A program made the translations under genes and the position numbers. Below the pieces are notes generated by a model, which saw only the letters and a list, made by a program, of their open reading frames with translations, did not search any database and had not been told where the DNA came from. DNA of 64,000 bases from contig JBDRPD010000066.1 in NCBI GenBank assembly GCA_043827405.1, forward strand, positions 64,342 to 128,341. The letters run 5' to 3'. Positions within the stretch are counted from its first letter, which is position 1. Every line of letters starts with the position of its first letter. The DNA comes from Elusimicrobiota bacterium. GTDB taxonomy: Bacteria > Elusimicrobiota > Elusimicrobia > UBA1565. This document shows positions 45,111 to 55,203 of this stretch, one piece after another.

Positions 45111-47743
45111 TCGGTTCCGCGCACCATCTCCTCGCAGCTCTCCACTTTATCTGCCCGCTGATCTTCTTTACGAATCTGACCCGTAACCCTTATATTTCGC
45201 AGATCGCCATTCTTAATATCGGCCTGCTGGCTGCCGCGGCGTGGGCGCTGTGGCAGCAGTCGGATCGGGGGCAATGGCGCTTTCCGCGGACCCGCCTCGA
45301 TCTGCCCATCGCGGCCTGGGTGGCGGTCTGTGCGCTCAGCTGGCTCTATGCCTACTTCGGGCACCGGCCTTTTTACCGGGATGCCATGCGTGCCGAGGGC
45401 CTGCGCGTTTTCCTCTTCATGCTCACCAACGCGGTATTGGTTTTTTATTTGGCAGCGGCGGCGGCTGAGGACTGCGTCGAGCGTCCGAGCATCCCGGTCG
45501 GCCGGTGGGCGATCTTCGTCGTCGTTTGGGGCGGGCTGTGGACGTTTATGCCGCAGCTGCGTTCGGCGCCCGGACCGATGAATGCGATATGGGCCAACGC
45601 TTTTGATCCCTACGGCGTGCTGCTGTGGGTCGGCGGACTCGCGGGCATCATCTGGCTCGCACGTTCCGGCACCGTGCATGCCGTATGGCATGTCGCGCTG
45701 GCGGTCGGTTTTCTCGCCGCGGTCTATGGGATCGCGCAGTATTTTGGGATGGAGTTCTTATGGCCGAAGGTGCTTAATCCTTACGGCGGCCGCTCGGTGT
45801 CCACGTTTGGTAATCCGAACTTCATGTCGTCCTACCTGGTGATGCTGCTGCCGCTTTCCGTCGTGTACTATCTGCAGGCGGACCGCCGCTCGCATCGCGT
45901 CATGTATGCGGCCGTGCTCGTCGCCCTGGAGGCGGGCCTGCTCTGCAGCCTAACCCGCTCCTCGTGGGCCGGCGCTCTGGCGGCGCTCGCGCCCCTGCTG
46001 CTTTCTCAACGCCTGCGTCGTCTCGCCCGAAAAAACCTGGAGTTCCACGGCCTGGTGGCGACGGCGATGTTCCTCATCGCCGTGTTTTGGCCGTCGAGCA
46101 CTATCGGCGGCTATACCTCCAGCATGGTCGGCCGTATCGGCGAAATGAAGCAGATATTCCAGGAGGGCTACCAGTACAGCCCCTGGTTCCAGCGCTGGCT
46201 GATCTGGATGTGCGGCTGGACGATGGGCGCGGAGAATCCCATTCTGGGGAAAGGCTGGGGGCTCTTCGAACTGTTCTATCCGTTTTATCAAGGCCACTTT
46301 CTGGATCATTTCGATTTCTACCGCATCATGCGCACGCATGCCAATAACGCCCATAATGAAGTCGTCGAAGTTTGGGCGCAAACGGGCATCGCCGGTGTCG
46401 GGATTCTGTTTTGGCTCTGGACGGTATTTTTTCGTGGTCTATGGGCGGATGCCCGTCCCCGCTGTTCCGCCGCCGCAAGTGCGGAGCCGGAGCCGATAAA
46501 GACGGTCAAGAAAAAGAAGCAAAATAAGACGGTGAAGGAGCCGCCGGATAATGAGCGCATCTGGCTGCTGGCCGGCGGGGCGGGCGTATGCGGCATGCTC
46601 GTTGATAACCTGCTCAATGTCTCGCTGCATTTTGCGGTGCCCGCCTTTCTCTTCTGGTGGCAGGCGGGTACGGTGTGCGGCCACCTTTCCGCGCGTCAGG
46701 GCAGCTGGCGTTCGCTGCGCTTCCCCAATCGCGCGGCGGCGCTCGCCGCCGCCGCCGTCATCGTCTTCGGCGCGGTGGTCGGCGGGTGGTACTGGGTCGG
46801 GTTTTGGAAGCGTGAAGTCCACTACTTTATGGGCTTTAAGCATATGCGGCGCCAGAACTACGCCGACGCGATCCGTGACCTGAGCACGGCGTACCGCTGG
46901 AACCGCTTCGACGTCAACAATAACTATGAGCTGGGCAACGCCTACGCCCGCTCCGAGCAGCCCGATAAGGCCTTATGGGCGTACGACGAAGCGCTGAAGG
47001 CTAATGCCGGGTACGATGAAATATATTTCAACCGGGCGACGGTCATCGCCGGTCTCGGACGCCCGCAAGAGGCGCTGGGCAACTACCTGATTTCGTGGGC
47101 GATTAATCCTCTATCGGAGCAGTTGTACATGAGCCTCAGCCGCTTCTATTTCAGTGATCCAAGCAAGTATCGTCGCGAAGCGGTCGCTTTGCTGGAGCGG
47201 GGGACGCACTTTTTCCCGGACGATGTGAACTTCCTCAATAATTTGGGATACCTGTACAACCTGGGCAAGGAGTACGAGAAGGCGGACAAGATTTATCAGG
47301 ACTTGCTGCGTAAGCAGCCGACCATGGCCGTGGCGGAGAAGAACCTGCGCGTATCATTGCGGCATTCGGGCAAGCCGCCGCCGGAGATACTCAAGCAGGT
47401 CGATGAGTACCGGGAACTGGAGACGGACCTCCGCGCCAAACGCTTCGGGCCGGATGTCCTCGCCCGCGCGCGCCGGGTTTCCGAATGGTTCCCTGATTTT
47501 ATGCCGGCGCAGCTCTATCGCGGCAATCTCGAACTGATGAACGGCCGCTTCGGCGAAGCGGAAACGGTGCTCCGGGAGCTGGTGCAGAAGGACCCGCGCA
47601 ATATCGCCGCGCAGATGAATTTGGGTTTCGCGCTGAAGCAGCAGAACAAGCGGCGTGAAGCGACCGATGTTTTCCGCGCGATACTGGCGCAGGACCCGGG
47701 CAATAGCAGGGCCCGTGCCGAGCTCGATGCGCTGTCGCGATAG
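45107..47743 (+). CDS. O-antigen ligase (Wzy_C)-family membrane protein with C-terminal TPRs
   Basis: STFGNPNF, TRSSW, GKGWGLF and NAHNE motifs; multiple TPRs; GTGA overlap with the previous gene. Confidence 0.8.
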   Translation: MIGSAHHLLAALHFICPLIFFTNLTRNPYISQIAILNIGLLAAAAWALWQQSDRGQWRFPRTRLDLPIAAWVAVCALSWLYAYFGHRPFYRDAMRAEGLRVFLFMLTNAVLVFYLAAAAAEDCVERPSIPVGRWAIFVVVWGGLWTFMPQLRSAPGPMNAIWANAFDPYGVLLWVGGLAGIIWLARSGTVHAVWHVALAVGFLAAVYGIAQYFGMEFLWPKVLNPYGGRSVSTFGNPNFMSSYLVMLLPLSVVYYLQADRRSHRVMYAAVLVALEAGLLCSLTRSSWAGALAALAPLLLSQRLRRLARKNLEFHGLVATAMFLIAVFWPSSTIGGYTSSMVGRIGEMKQIFQEGYQYSPWFQRWLIWMCGWTMGAENPILGKGWGLFELFYPFYQGHFLDHFDFYRIMRTHANNAHNEVVEVWAQTGIAGVGILFWLWTVFFRGLWADARPRCSAAASAEPEPIKTVKKKKQNKTVKEPPDNERIWLLAGGAGVCGMLVDNLLNVSLHFAVPAFLFWWQAGTVCGHLSARQGSWRSLRFPNRAAALAAAAVIVFGAVVGGWYWVGFWKREVHYFMGFKHMRRQNYADAIRDLSTAYRWNRFDVNNNYELGNAYARSEQPDKALWAYDEALKANAGYDEIYFNRATVIAGLGRPQEALGNYLISWAINPLSEQLYMSLSRFYFSDPSKYRREAVALLERGTHFFPDDVNFLNNLGYLYNLGKEYEKADKIYQDLLRKQPTMAVAEKNLRVSLRHSGKPPPEILKQVDEYRELETDLRAKRFGPDVLARARRVSEWFPDFMPAQLYRGNLELMNGRFGEAETVLRELVQKDPRNIAAQMNLGFALKQQNKRREATDVFRAILAQDPGNSRARAELDALSR

Positions 47744-47772
47744 CGCGGGGGTCGGCGTAAATGACGCCGGAC

Positions 47773-47800
47773 TTGACAATGTATTTGACGCCGTTATACT
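47773..47800 (+). promoter_or_regulatory. Sigma70-type promoter of the pilB operon
   Basis: TTGACA-N16-TATACT upstream of pilB. Confidence 0.55.
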
Positions 47801-47864
47801 CACGGAGTAGGTATTTTTCTGTAGATTTATGGCAGTAGAACTCTGTACGCTCTAAGGTACACAT

Positions 47865-49595
47865 ATGGCAGTTAAAATGGAGCTGGGCGAGATCCTGATT
47901 AAAAGCGGGGTCCTGAGTGCCGAGCAGCTGCAGCAGTCGCATACTGCGGCGACACAGCGCAATATGCCGTTGGATATCGCGATTCAGAAGCTCGGCTTCG
48001 CGACGGAAGAGGCCATCGCGATGGCCGTCTCCAAGCTGTCGGGCGTGCCCTATGCCTCCAAGGAGAACAAGATCCTGCTGCCGGAGAAGGATCAGGGACT
48101 CGAGAATGTGATCAAGGAGGATTTCGCGCGGGAGCACCTCGTTATCCCGCTGTTCCTCGAAGACGGCACCATGGCGGTGTCGATGGCGGATCCCAACAAC
48201 ATGATGATCCTCGAGAACCTTCGCCTGATGACGGGGCAGGAGGTCCAGCCGTTCATCTCGACCAAGACCCAGATCATCAAGGCGATCGACGCGTTTTACG
48301 GCGGCTCGCAGAGCGCGATCGACAAGGCGATGGCTCAAGGGGGGGATGAGGAGGATATGGAGGTCCTCCAGGACGATAAGGTCGACCTCGACGCGATGGT
48401 CCTGGCCGGCAAGGGCGAGCAGGTCGTTCAGGTCGTCAACGCCATCCTCAAGCAGGCGATCAACGAGAAATGTTCGGACATCCATCTCGAAGCCTATGAC
48501 GAGAAAATAAGCCTGCGCTTTCGCATCAACGGAACGCTCTACCCGCGGCAAGCTCCGTCGAAGTCCGCTTTCAACGCGGTCGTCAGCCGCATCAAGATCA
48601 TCGCCAAGCTCGATATCGCCGAGCGGAGGCTCCCGCAAGACGGCGCGTTCTCGATGAAGATCCAGAACCGCGCCGTCGACATGCGCGTTTCAATCTGCCC
48701 GACGGTCTTCGGCGAGAAGGTCGTCATGCGTATCCTCGATAAAGGTTCCACGAGCCTGGATCTCGATATGTTGGGGTTCCAGCCGCGCCAGAAGGAGGAT
48801 GTCCTGCGGGCGGCTGAATCGCCCCACGGGCTCATATTCATGACGGGACCCACCGGGTCCGGTAAGACGACGACGCTGTATACCATCCTCAATACCGTCA
48901 ACACTCCGGAAATGAATTTCATGACGATCGAGGATCCCGTCGAATTCAAACTCGAAGGCATCAATCAGGTGATGGTCAAGAAGGATATCGGGCTGACCTT
49001 CGCTTCGGCCCTGCGGTCCTTCCTGCGGCAGGACCCCGACGTCATCCTGGTCGGCGAGGTGCGCGACAACGAGACGGCGGAGATATGCCTGAAGGCGGCA
49101 CTGACCGGCCACCTCGTCATCTCGACGCTGCATACCAACAGCGCGCTGGAAGCCGTCGTCCGGCTCGCGGACATGGGGGTCGAGCCTTTCATGCTGGCCT
49201 CGGCGCTGCGCATGCTGGCCGCTCAGCGCCTGGTCCGCTTCCTGTGCAAGGACTGCAAAAAGGCGGTCAAGCCCAGCCCCGAGGATCTTAAAGCCTGCAT
49301 GGAAGAAACCAACATGAACCCTAAGCCGGACCCCAATACCCTGGTCTTCTATGAAGCGGTGGGCTGCGACAAGTGCCACGACACCGGCTATACCGGGCGG
49401 CGGGCGATCTATGAGGTCTACTACATCACCAAGAACCTCCGTCGCGCCATCGCGTCGAAGCACGACGACTTGGAGCATCTATACAAAGTCGCGCAAGAGG
49501 ACGGGATGTTCCGGATGCGCCGCAGCGGTTGGTCCAAAGTGATCGAGGGAACCACGACGGTACAGGAACTCTATGATGCTACCGTCGGAGATTGA
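47865..49595 (+). CDS. pilB: Type IV pilus/T2SS assembly ATPase (PilB/GspE)
   Basis: LGEILI start, GPTGSGKT, RQDPD, TGH/TLHTN and a tetracysteine motif. Confidence 0.9.
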   Translation: MAVKMELGEILIKSGVLSAEQLQQSHTAATQRNMPLDIAIQKLGFATEEAIAMAVSKLSGVPYASKENKILLPEKDQGLENVIKEDFAREHLVIPLFLEDGTMAVSMADPNNMMILENLRLMTGQEVQPFISTKTQIIKAIDAFYGGSQSAIDKAMAQGGDEEDMEVLQDDKVDLDAMVLAGKGEQVVQVVNAILKQAINEKCSDIHLEAYDEKISLRFRINGTLYPRQAPSKSAFNAVVSRIKIIAKLDIAERRLPQDGAFSMKIQNRAVDMRVSICPTVFGEKVVMRILDKGSTSLDLDMLGFQPRQKEDVLRAAESPHGLIFMTGPTGSGKTTTLYTILNTVNTPEMNFMTIEDPVEFKLEGINQVMVKKDIGLTFASALRSFLRQDPDVILVGEVRDNETAEICLKAALTGHLVISTLHTNSALEAVVRLADMGVEPFMLASALRMLAAQRLVRFLCKDCKKAVKPSPEDLKACMEETNMNPKPDPNTLVFYEAVGCDKCHDTGYTGRRAIYEVYYITKNLRRAIASKHDDLEHLYKVAQEDGMFRMRRSGWSKVIEGTTTVQELYDATVGD

Positions 49596-49610
49596 GCCGC
49601 GGGGTAATTG

Positions 49611-50828
49611 ATGGGCAAGTTCATCTACACGGTCCAGGACAGCAAGGGAGAGACGTCGTCCGGCAGCGTCGACGCCGCCGATGAGAATGAGGCGATTAAT
49701 TCTCTGCAGGGGAAGGGATTCTTCATTCTTTCCATCCAGGCTGAAAAAGCCGGCTCCGGCGGCTCGGGAAAGCTGCTGTCGGGCGGCGGCGGCGTTCCCG
49801 GCACGGACTTGGTGTTCTTCGGCGAGCAGCTCTCAACGCTGCTCAACGGCGGCGTGCCGCTCGTGCGGGCGCTGTCGCTGCTCGGCGAGCACGCGCAAAA
49901 TCCCAATATGGGCGCGGCCCTTAATCAGATCACCAAGGACGTCGCGGCGGGAACGTCCTTGCATAAGTCGCTCGAGCGGCATCCGAAGGTCTTCGACAAC
50001 CTATGGATTTCTCTGGTCCAGGCCGGCGAGATGGGCGGTCAGCTTCCCAAGGCCCTCAAGCAGGTCGGCACGTACATCGCTTCGCAGGAGGCGCTCAAGG
50101 CCAAGGTCATAACCGCGCTGGCGTATCCAGGAGTTCTGTTTTGCATCTCGATGGGCGTGCTGGCCTTCTTCATCATTAAGATCGTCCCGACTTTCGCCGA
50201 AATTTTCAAGAGTTTCGACCTCGAACTGCCTTTGATCACCCAGATCGTGATCACTTTCTCGAACCTTCTTGTAAACCATCTCCTGGCCTTGATCGTGACC
50301 TTGGCCGGCTTATTTTTCATGCTCAAGGGATACCTCGCCACGGAGGCCGGACAGTACGGGAAAGCCCGGTTTTTGTTCGGCATTCCGTTTTTCGGGCCCT
50401 TCATGAAAAATATCCAGGTCGAGCGTCTGTTGACGACGATGACTACGCTTATTGAGAGCGGCGTCAGCATCCTCAATGCGATCACGGTGCTGGAAGGTGT
50501 TTTTCAGACCAATAGGATATTTCTGGACGCACTCAAGAAGGTTAAGCAGGATGTTTCCGGCGGTAAATCGATCTCCAACTCCTTCAAGCGTACGGCAGTC
50601 TTTCCTCCCCTGGTTACCGAGATGATGTTTATGGGTGAGGAGTCCGGTAAACTCCCGGATATCCTGGTGACTCTTTCGGCGTTTTATCGTGAGCAAGTTG
50701 ACCAGTTTATTCGGCGCTTCACCTCGATTATCGACCCGATTATGATCGTGTTCATCGGCGCGGTGACCGGCTTGATCGTGCTCTCAATCTTTATGCCGAT
50801 TTTCCAGCTGTCGCAGATTGGCGGATAA
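49611..50828 (+). CDS. pilC: Type IV pilus/T2SS platform protein (PilC/GspF)
   Basis: Two T2SSF repeats (AGEMGG, GEESG), ALAYP and IFMPIF. Confidence 0.9.
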   Translation: MGKFIYTVQDSKGETSSGSVDAADENEAINSLQGKGFFILSIQAEKAGSGGSGKLLSGGGGVPGTDLVFFGEQLSTLLNGGVPLVRALSLLGEHAQNPNMGAALNQITKDVAAGTSLHKSLERHPKVFDNLWISLVQAGEMGGQLPKALKQVGTYIASQEALKAKVITALAYPGVLFCISMGVLAFFIIKIVPTFAEIFKSFDLELPLITQIVITFSNLLVNHLLALIVTLAGLFFMLKGYLATEAGQYGKARFLFGIPFFGPFMKNIQVERLLTTMTTLIESGVSILNAITVLEGVFQTNRIFLDALKKVKQDVSGGKSISNSFKRTAVFPPLVTEMMFMGEESGKLPDILVTLSAFYREQVDQFIRRFTSIIDPIMIVFIGAVTGLIVLSIFMPIFQLSQIGG

Positions 50829-50923
50829 TTCTGTATATTTTGTCTGGAGAATTTTAAGAGAATTGAGTATACTAGGATCGACTAGGGCGCCAGGAGTGTC
50901 GCGCTGACTTATTCGGGGGGACT

Positions 50924-51418
50924 ATGAACGTATCGCAGAATGGGCAGTTGCCGCGAGGGGAAAAAGGTTTTACCCTGATCGAGCTTCTCGTCGTCGTGCT
51001 GATCATCGGTATTTTGGCGTCCATCGCCATTCCGCAATACTTTAAGGTCGTCGAAAAGGGCAAACTCGTCGACGGACAAAGTTGGATCGGCCACTTCAAG
51101 GAATCCAACGAGCGGTACAGCAACCAGTTCGGCGGTTATGTTACCGATGAGAACGATTTCAAAAGTCTGGATATCGAGTTCGCCGGCGGCAAGGCCCAGA
51201 ACTACGGCATGCAGTATTTCTCAGTGGACAGCATCGGCGCGGGTACGGCTGCATGCTCAGACGGTTCTGTAGGCTTTAAAATCGTGCTGAAGCGCTATGA
51301 GGGGAAATCGAAGGCCCCGAAGCGTTATGGGCAGTACAACGTGAGCTATGACAGCTGCGAAGCCGCGTTCAAGTTTACCAACTGCGCGGTCGCATCGGCC
51401 TGCTCGGACTTCCAGTAA
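50924..51418 (+). CDS. Type IV pilin
   Basis: KG|FTLIELLVVVLIIGILASIAIPQY prepilin motif. Confidence 0.9.
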   Translation: MNVSQNGQLPRGEKGFTLIELLVVVLIIGILASIAIPQYFKVVEKGKLVDGQSWIGHFKESNERYSNQFGGYVTDENDFKSLDIEFAGGKAQNYGMQYFSVDSIGAGTAACSDGSVGFKIVLKRYEGKSKAPKRYGQYNVSYDSCEAAFKFTNCAVASACSDFQ

Positions 51419-51442
51419 GCTTCCGACGTTCGCATTTGCACA

Positions 51443-51480
51443 ACGCCCGCACCCCGCCTACGCCGGCGCGGTGCGGGCGT
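51443..51480 (+). terminator. Hairpin downstream of the pilin gene
   Basis: ACGCCCGCACC...GGTGCGGGCGT 11-bp stem, no T tract. Confidence 0.45.
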
Positions 51481-51588
51481 CGCGCTTGCGGCGGCAGCGG
51501 ACCTTCCTATTATAAGCCGCATGGTGTAACAATTTGTTAACAATCACGAAATGATTCAACAATTCCCGTGAGTTAAACATAGCGTAGG

Positions 51589-53529
51589 GTGAATCGAATT
51601 GGCTCACCGCGGGCAGCGGTACCTAATATATTCGATAGCCGGACGCGTCAATGCCGTTATCGGCAGTCGGCGCTTTTCGGTCTCCTGCTGTTTGCCGTGC
51701 CGTTGGGTGTACATGCCCAGCGCGCCAGGCATGAGGTCGGCCTGAGCAAAAACATGAGCGTTGCGATCCAATATTACGAAAAGGGCGAAGATCTGGAGGC
51801 GATGGATCATTTCATGCAGATACTGGTACGCGGTAATCCCCAAGAGCGGCCGATGGCCAACCAGTATTTAAACCTGATCTCCGAGCGGATGGCGCTGGGG
51901 GGGAAGTTCGACAAGAAGCCGCCGCCAGCGGTGACCGTGGTCGAGGAGCGGGAGGCCGGGCCGGCCGAGATCGAGGAAGTCGGTGGGGGCGAGCGGGAGA
52001 CTCCGCCGTCGAGCGTGTCCAAGGATACTGTGGTTATCGAGTCCATTGAGCCGAGGAAGACGCCCCCATCGCGGGAGTCCCAACAGCGGCGCAAGACGCA
52101 GCTGACGAAGAAGGATCGCGCGTTGATGAAGCAGGAGATCGAATCGAAGCTGAAAAACAGAGTGCGCGTCCTGCTCAGCAAGCTCCGGCGCTTTGAGGAT
52201 ATTCGGGTACTTATGGCTAATTCCAGCCGGCCGCGCGCCGTGGGCATTCCCACCGAGCTGCTGTTCTCCCAAGGGACGCAATTTAAGAAGGATTCCATAA
52301 TGATTTTGGATGCGCTTACCCATCTCGTGTTCAGTCTCGGCGCGACCCAGGTCGTTATTCTGCCTGAAAACTCGATTTTGGATGACTCCAAGATTATCGA
52401 CCTGCGGCGGACTATGGGCGTCAGTTCGCATCTGATCAAAGAAGGGATAGCCCCGGCGCGCATACGTGTGAACCTGCTCAGCTCACAGGTGAATATCCCT
52501 CGCGGGATTAATGATTTTCGCGGTATCCTGCTGCTGTTTGTGTATAACCAGCCGCTGACGCTGACCGCGGACGGCGCCGTTGGGACTGAGTCGGGACCGC
52601 CGATTTCCATCGGCGTTTCACCGGGAGAGCTGGACCCCGATAAGGAGGAGGGCTCCATCATCGAGTTCTCGGTCATGGAGCCGCCCGTAGGGCTGCGTTC
52701 CTGGCGGTTTCAACTCTTGGGCTCAGACGGATCCTCCGACAAGATGATCCCGCTGCAGGAGGTCAAGGGCGCCGGACCGGTCTTCCATCAGATCTTCTGG
52801 AACGGTCGTGCTAAGTACTTCGGCGAGAAGCTGGCCGGCGGCCGTTACGAGTGTCTGCTGACGGCGACGGATCAGCAGGGACGTACGCGCAAGCGCTACG
52901 CGTGGATCAAGGTCCAGGGGCCGGAAGCTCCCAGGCCGGAGGTCAAAACGGCCAAAGCGGAAAAACAAGCCGATGAGACGGAGGAAAACCGCGAGGCGCC
53001 GCCCGCCGAACTGCCGCCCGATGAGGACGCCGCTGCCGGCAGGCCGAAAGCCGTTACCGTCGATCCGCGCCAGGAGGGTAAAGCTAAGGAGCGCCGGCTA
53101 AAGCGTCGGAGCGACCGCCGGGCACGGCGGCGTGCGGCGCAGGATAAGAAGGGCTTGAAAGCCAAGACCATCGAGACGGCTAAGAAGCCCGCAGAAAAAG
53201 AGACAAGCAGCCCGCCGCGGGCAGGAGCGGTCAACTACCAGGTGCTTTTCGTTAAAAACACGGCGAGCCTCACTCCGGACGGCGAGAATATCCTGAGCCG
53301 CGTGTCGGATACGATGCACTATTATCCTCTCGACAATATCAACCTAGTTGGCTACGCTTATACCGGAGAGCGGAATTCGCAAAGTCTGGCCTCGCAGCGC
53401 GCGGACGCCGTGTCGCGGCTGCTCATCGAGCGCTACGGAATGAAGCGGGATCGTATCCAGGTGCAGACCAAGATTCTGGAAAGCGAGTCGCATAAAGTTG
53501 AGATATATATCGTCTCCGGGGGGAGCTAG
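51589..53529 (+). CDS. Exported protein with degenerate OmpA-like domains and an FlgD-Ig-like domain
   Basis: Signal-like segment; IFWNG...GRYECLLTATD; C-terminal LVGY...LASQRADAV...GMKRDRI; start uncertain. Confidence 0.55.
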   Translation: MNRIGSPRAAVPNIFDSRTRQCRYRQSALFGLLLFAVPLGVHAQRARHEVGLSKNMSVAIQYYEKGEDLEAMDHFMQILVRGNPQERPMANQYLNLISERMALGGKFDKKPPPAVTVVEEREAGPAEIEEVGGGERETPPSSVSKDTVVIESIEPRKTPPSRESQQRRKTQLTKKDRALMKQEIESKLKNRVRVLLSKLRRFEDIRVLMANSSRPRAVGIPTELLFSQGTQFKKDSIMILDALTHLVFSLGATQVVILPENSILDDSKIIDLRRTMGVSSHLIKEGIAPARIRVNLLSSQVNIPRGINDFRGILLLFVYNQPLTLTADGAVGTESGPPISIGVSPGELDPDKEEGSIIEFSVMEPPVGLRSWRFQLLGSDGSSDKMIPLQEVKGAGPVFHQIFWNGRAKYFGEKLAGGRYECLLTATDQQGRTRKRYAWIKVQGPEAPRPEVKTAKAEKQADETEENREAPPAELPPDEDAAAGRPKAVTVDPRQEGKAKERRLKRRSDRRARRRAAQDKKGLKAKTIETAKKPAEKETSSPPRAGAVNYQVLFVKNTASLTPDGENILSRVSDTMHYYPLDNINLVGYAYTGERNSQSLASQRADAVSRLLIERYGMKRDRIQVQTKILESESHKVEIYIVSGGS

Positions 53530-53535
53530 CGCAGC

Positions 53536-55194
53536 ATGAATATCGACGAGCAGATTGAACAGCTATCGTTCGGGCGATCGCTCCCCCGCATGAGTTCCTG
53601 CCTGGGGATGTTTCTCAGCCCGACGGCTATTTTTTTGGCGGAAGTCTCGCTGACGGGTGCCAAGCCCAAGGTCCTCCATTTGGTGCGGCTTCCGATCCCC
53701 GGAGCGGACGACTCGCAGATGACCAAGGGTATCGGCTCGCTGAATACGGAGTTCCTGGCTGATCAGGAAAAACTGCAGGCCCTGCTCAAGAAGGCTATAA
53801 CCGATGTGAAGTGGGGCTCGAAGTTCTTGATGGTGTCGCTCTCGCACCATTTCGGCATACTCCGCTACTTCGCGATGCCCGCCATTGACCGGCGGTTCTG
53901 GAAAACAGCGGTGCCGGCAGAGGCGAAAAAATACGTGCCGATTCCGTTCGCCACCCTGTCGCATGATTTTCTCGTGCATGATCTGGAACCGGGTGCTGAC
54001 CGTCGGCCGCGTATGGGCGCGCTGTTCAGCGTGACACAGAAGCAAAATCTGGAGAACCTTAAGGTGCTGACCGAGGCGGTCGGTCTGCAGCTCGTAGGTG
54101 TCGAGCTGGCGCCGTGTTCGGTAGAGAGATTATGGGACCGCCTCGACATCGCTGCGGCAGGCTCCCCGTACGCTCAGGTGCATTTCGACGGCGGTCATAT
54201 CCGCATCCTGATATCCGACCAGGGGCTGCCGATCTTCTTCCGGGAGATTTTCCTGCCGCAGGACGCTACGGTTATGGACCGGCGCAAGGTGGACCTGGCG
54301 GGCTGCATCAATTTTACCAAGAAGCAGATCGGTTCTCAGCCGCCCGAAAAGGTCAGGCTTAGCGGCAGAATCGGAGATATGGGCGCCTGGCTGCAGGCAT
54401 TCTCCCAGGATCTGAGCCGGAAGGTGGAGTATCAGGATACGGACAAGGAGCTGGGGCTTAAAGGCGGACAATGGGGCGCCTATGCCGCCGTCGGGACTGC
54501 CGTGAGGCACCTTGGGACGACGCCCCTGACGCTGGATCTAAGCGCGTCCGGCAAGATCAGCGATGAGGATCGCCAAGCCGCCAAGACGATCCTCCTGCTC
54601 TCCGCTATGGTCGCGGCTGTTTTCCTTGTTATTGGTTCGTTTCGCTTTATGATGTACGCGGTTAAGGCCCGCGAATTCAACGCGATGAAAAGTCAGGGGG
54701 CCATATTGCAGGAGTTCGAAGGCAAAACCGCCAACGACATCCAGTATCTGATGAGCAATATGAAGAAGGGGGCGCAGGAGTTCGGCTCCCTGACCGCGAC
54801 CCGGCTGCCTTTGACCAATATCGCGGAGAAAATAGCGGAGCTGATACCCGAGGCGGCCTGGATTTCAGATTTTAACTACACCAATCCCGTATCCATGGGA
54901 GGCGCGGGCGGAAAAAATACGGTTCAGCCCCGCACTCTGAACCTGACGGGTAACGTTATCGAGCACAGCGTGTCCATGGAGCAGGATATCGCCTACAGTT
55001 TCGCCAAAAGGCTGCAGGAAGACAAGGATTTTTCCAAGGCCTTCCAATCAATCTCCATCGAAGTGTCGCGGCCGCAGCTCAGTGAGGCTCCCAATAAATC
55101 CAAAGCCGTACGCAACGAGGAGCAAAATATCAAGAACCAGCTTAAACGGGCATCGAGATTCACCATTGAATGCTTGAGCATGAAAAGGAAATAA
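53536..55194 (+). CDS. PilM-like cytoplasmic domain fused to TM and PilN-like domain
   Basis: PilM-like motifs (EAKKYVPIP, AVGLQLVGVE), one TM near aa 350-372, then IAELIPEAAWIS...LNLTG; precedes pilO. Confidence 0.65.
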   Translation: MNIDEQIEQLSFGRSLPRMSSCLGMFLSPTAIFLAEVSLTGAKPKVLHLVRLPIPGADDSQMTKGIGSLNTEFLADQEKLQALLKKAITDVKWGSKFLMVSLSHHFGILRYFAMPAIDRRFWKTAVPAEAKKYVPIPFATLSHDFLVHDLEPGADRRPRMGALFSVTQKQNLENLKVLTEAVGLQLVGVELAPCSVERLWDRLDIAAAGSPYAQVHFDGGHIRILISDQGLPIFFREIFLPQDATVMDRRKVDLAGCINFTKKQIGSQPPEKVRLSGRIGDMGAWLQAFSQDLSRKVEYQDTDKELGLKGGQWGAYAAVGTAVRHLGTTPLTLDLSASGKISDEDRQAAKTILLLSAMVAAVFLVIGSFRFMMYAVKAREFNAMKSQGAILQEFEGKTANDIQYLMSNMKKGAQEFGSLTATRLPLTNIAEKIAELIPEAAWISDFNYTNPVSMGGAGGKNTVQPRTLNLTGNVIEHSVSMEQDIAYSFAKRLQEDKDFSKAFQSISIEVSRPQLSEAPNKSKAVRNEEQNIKNQLKRASRFTIECLSMKRK

Positions 55195-55203
55195 CGGGCG
55201 GGT

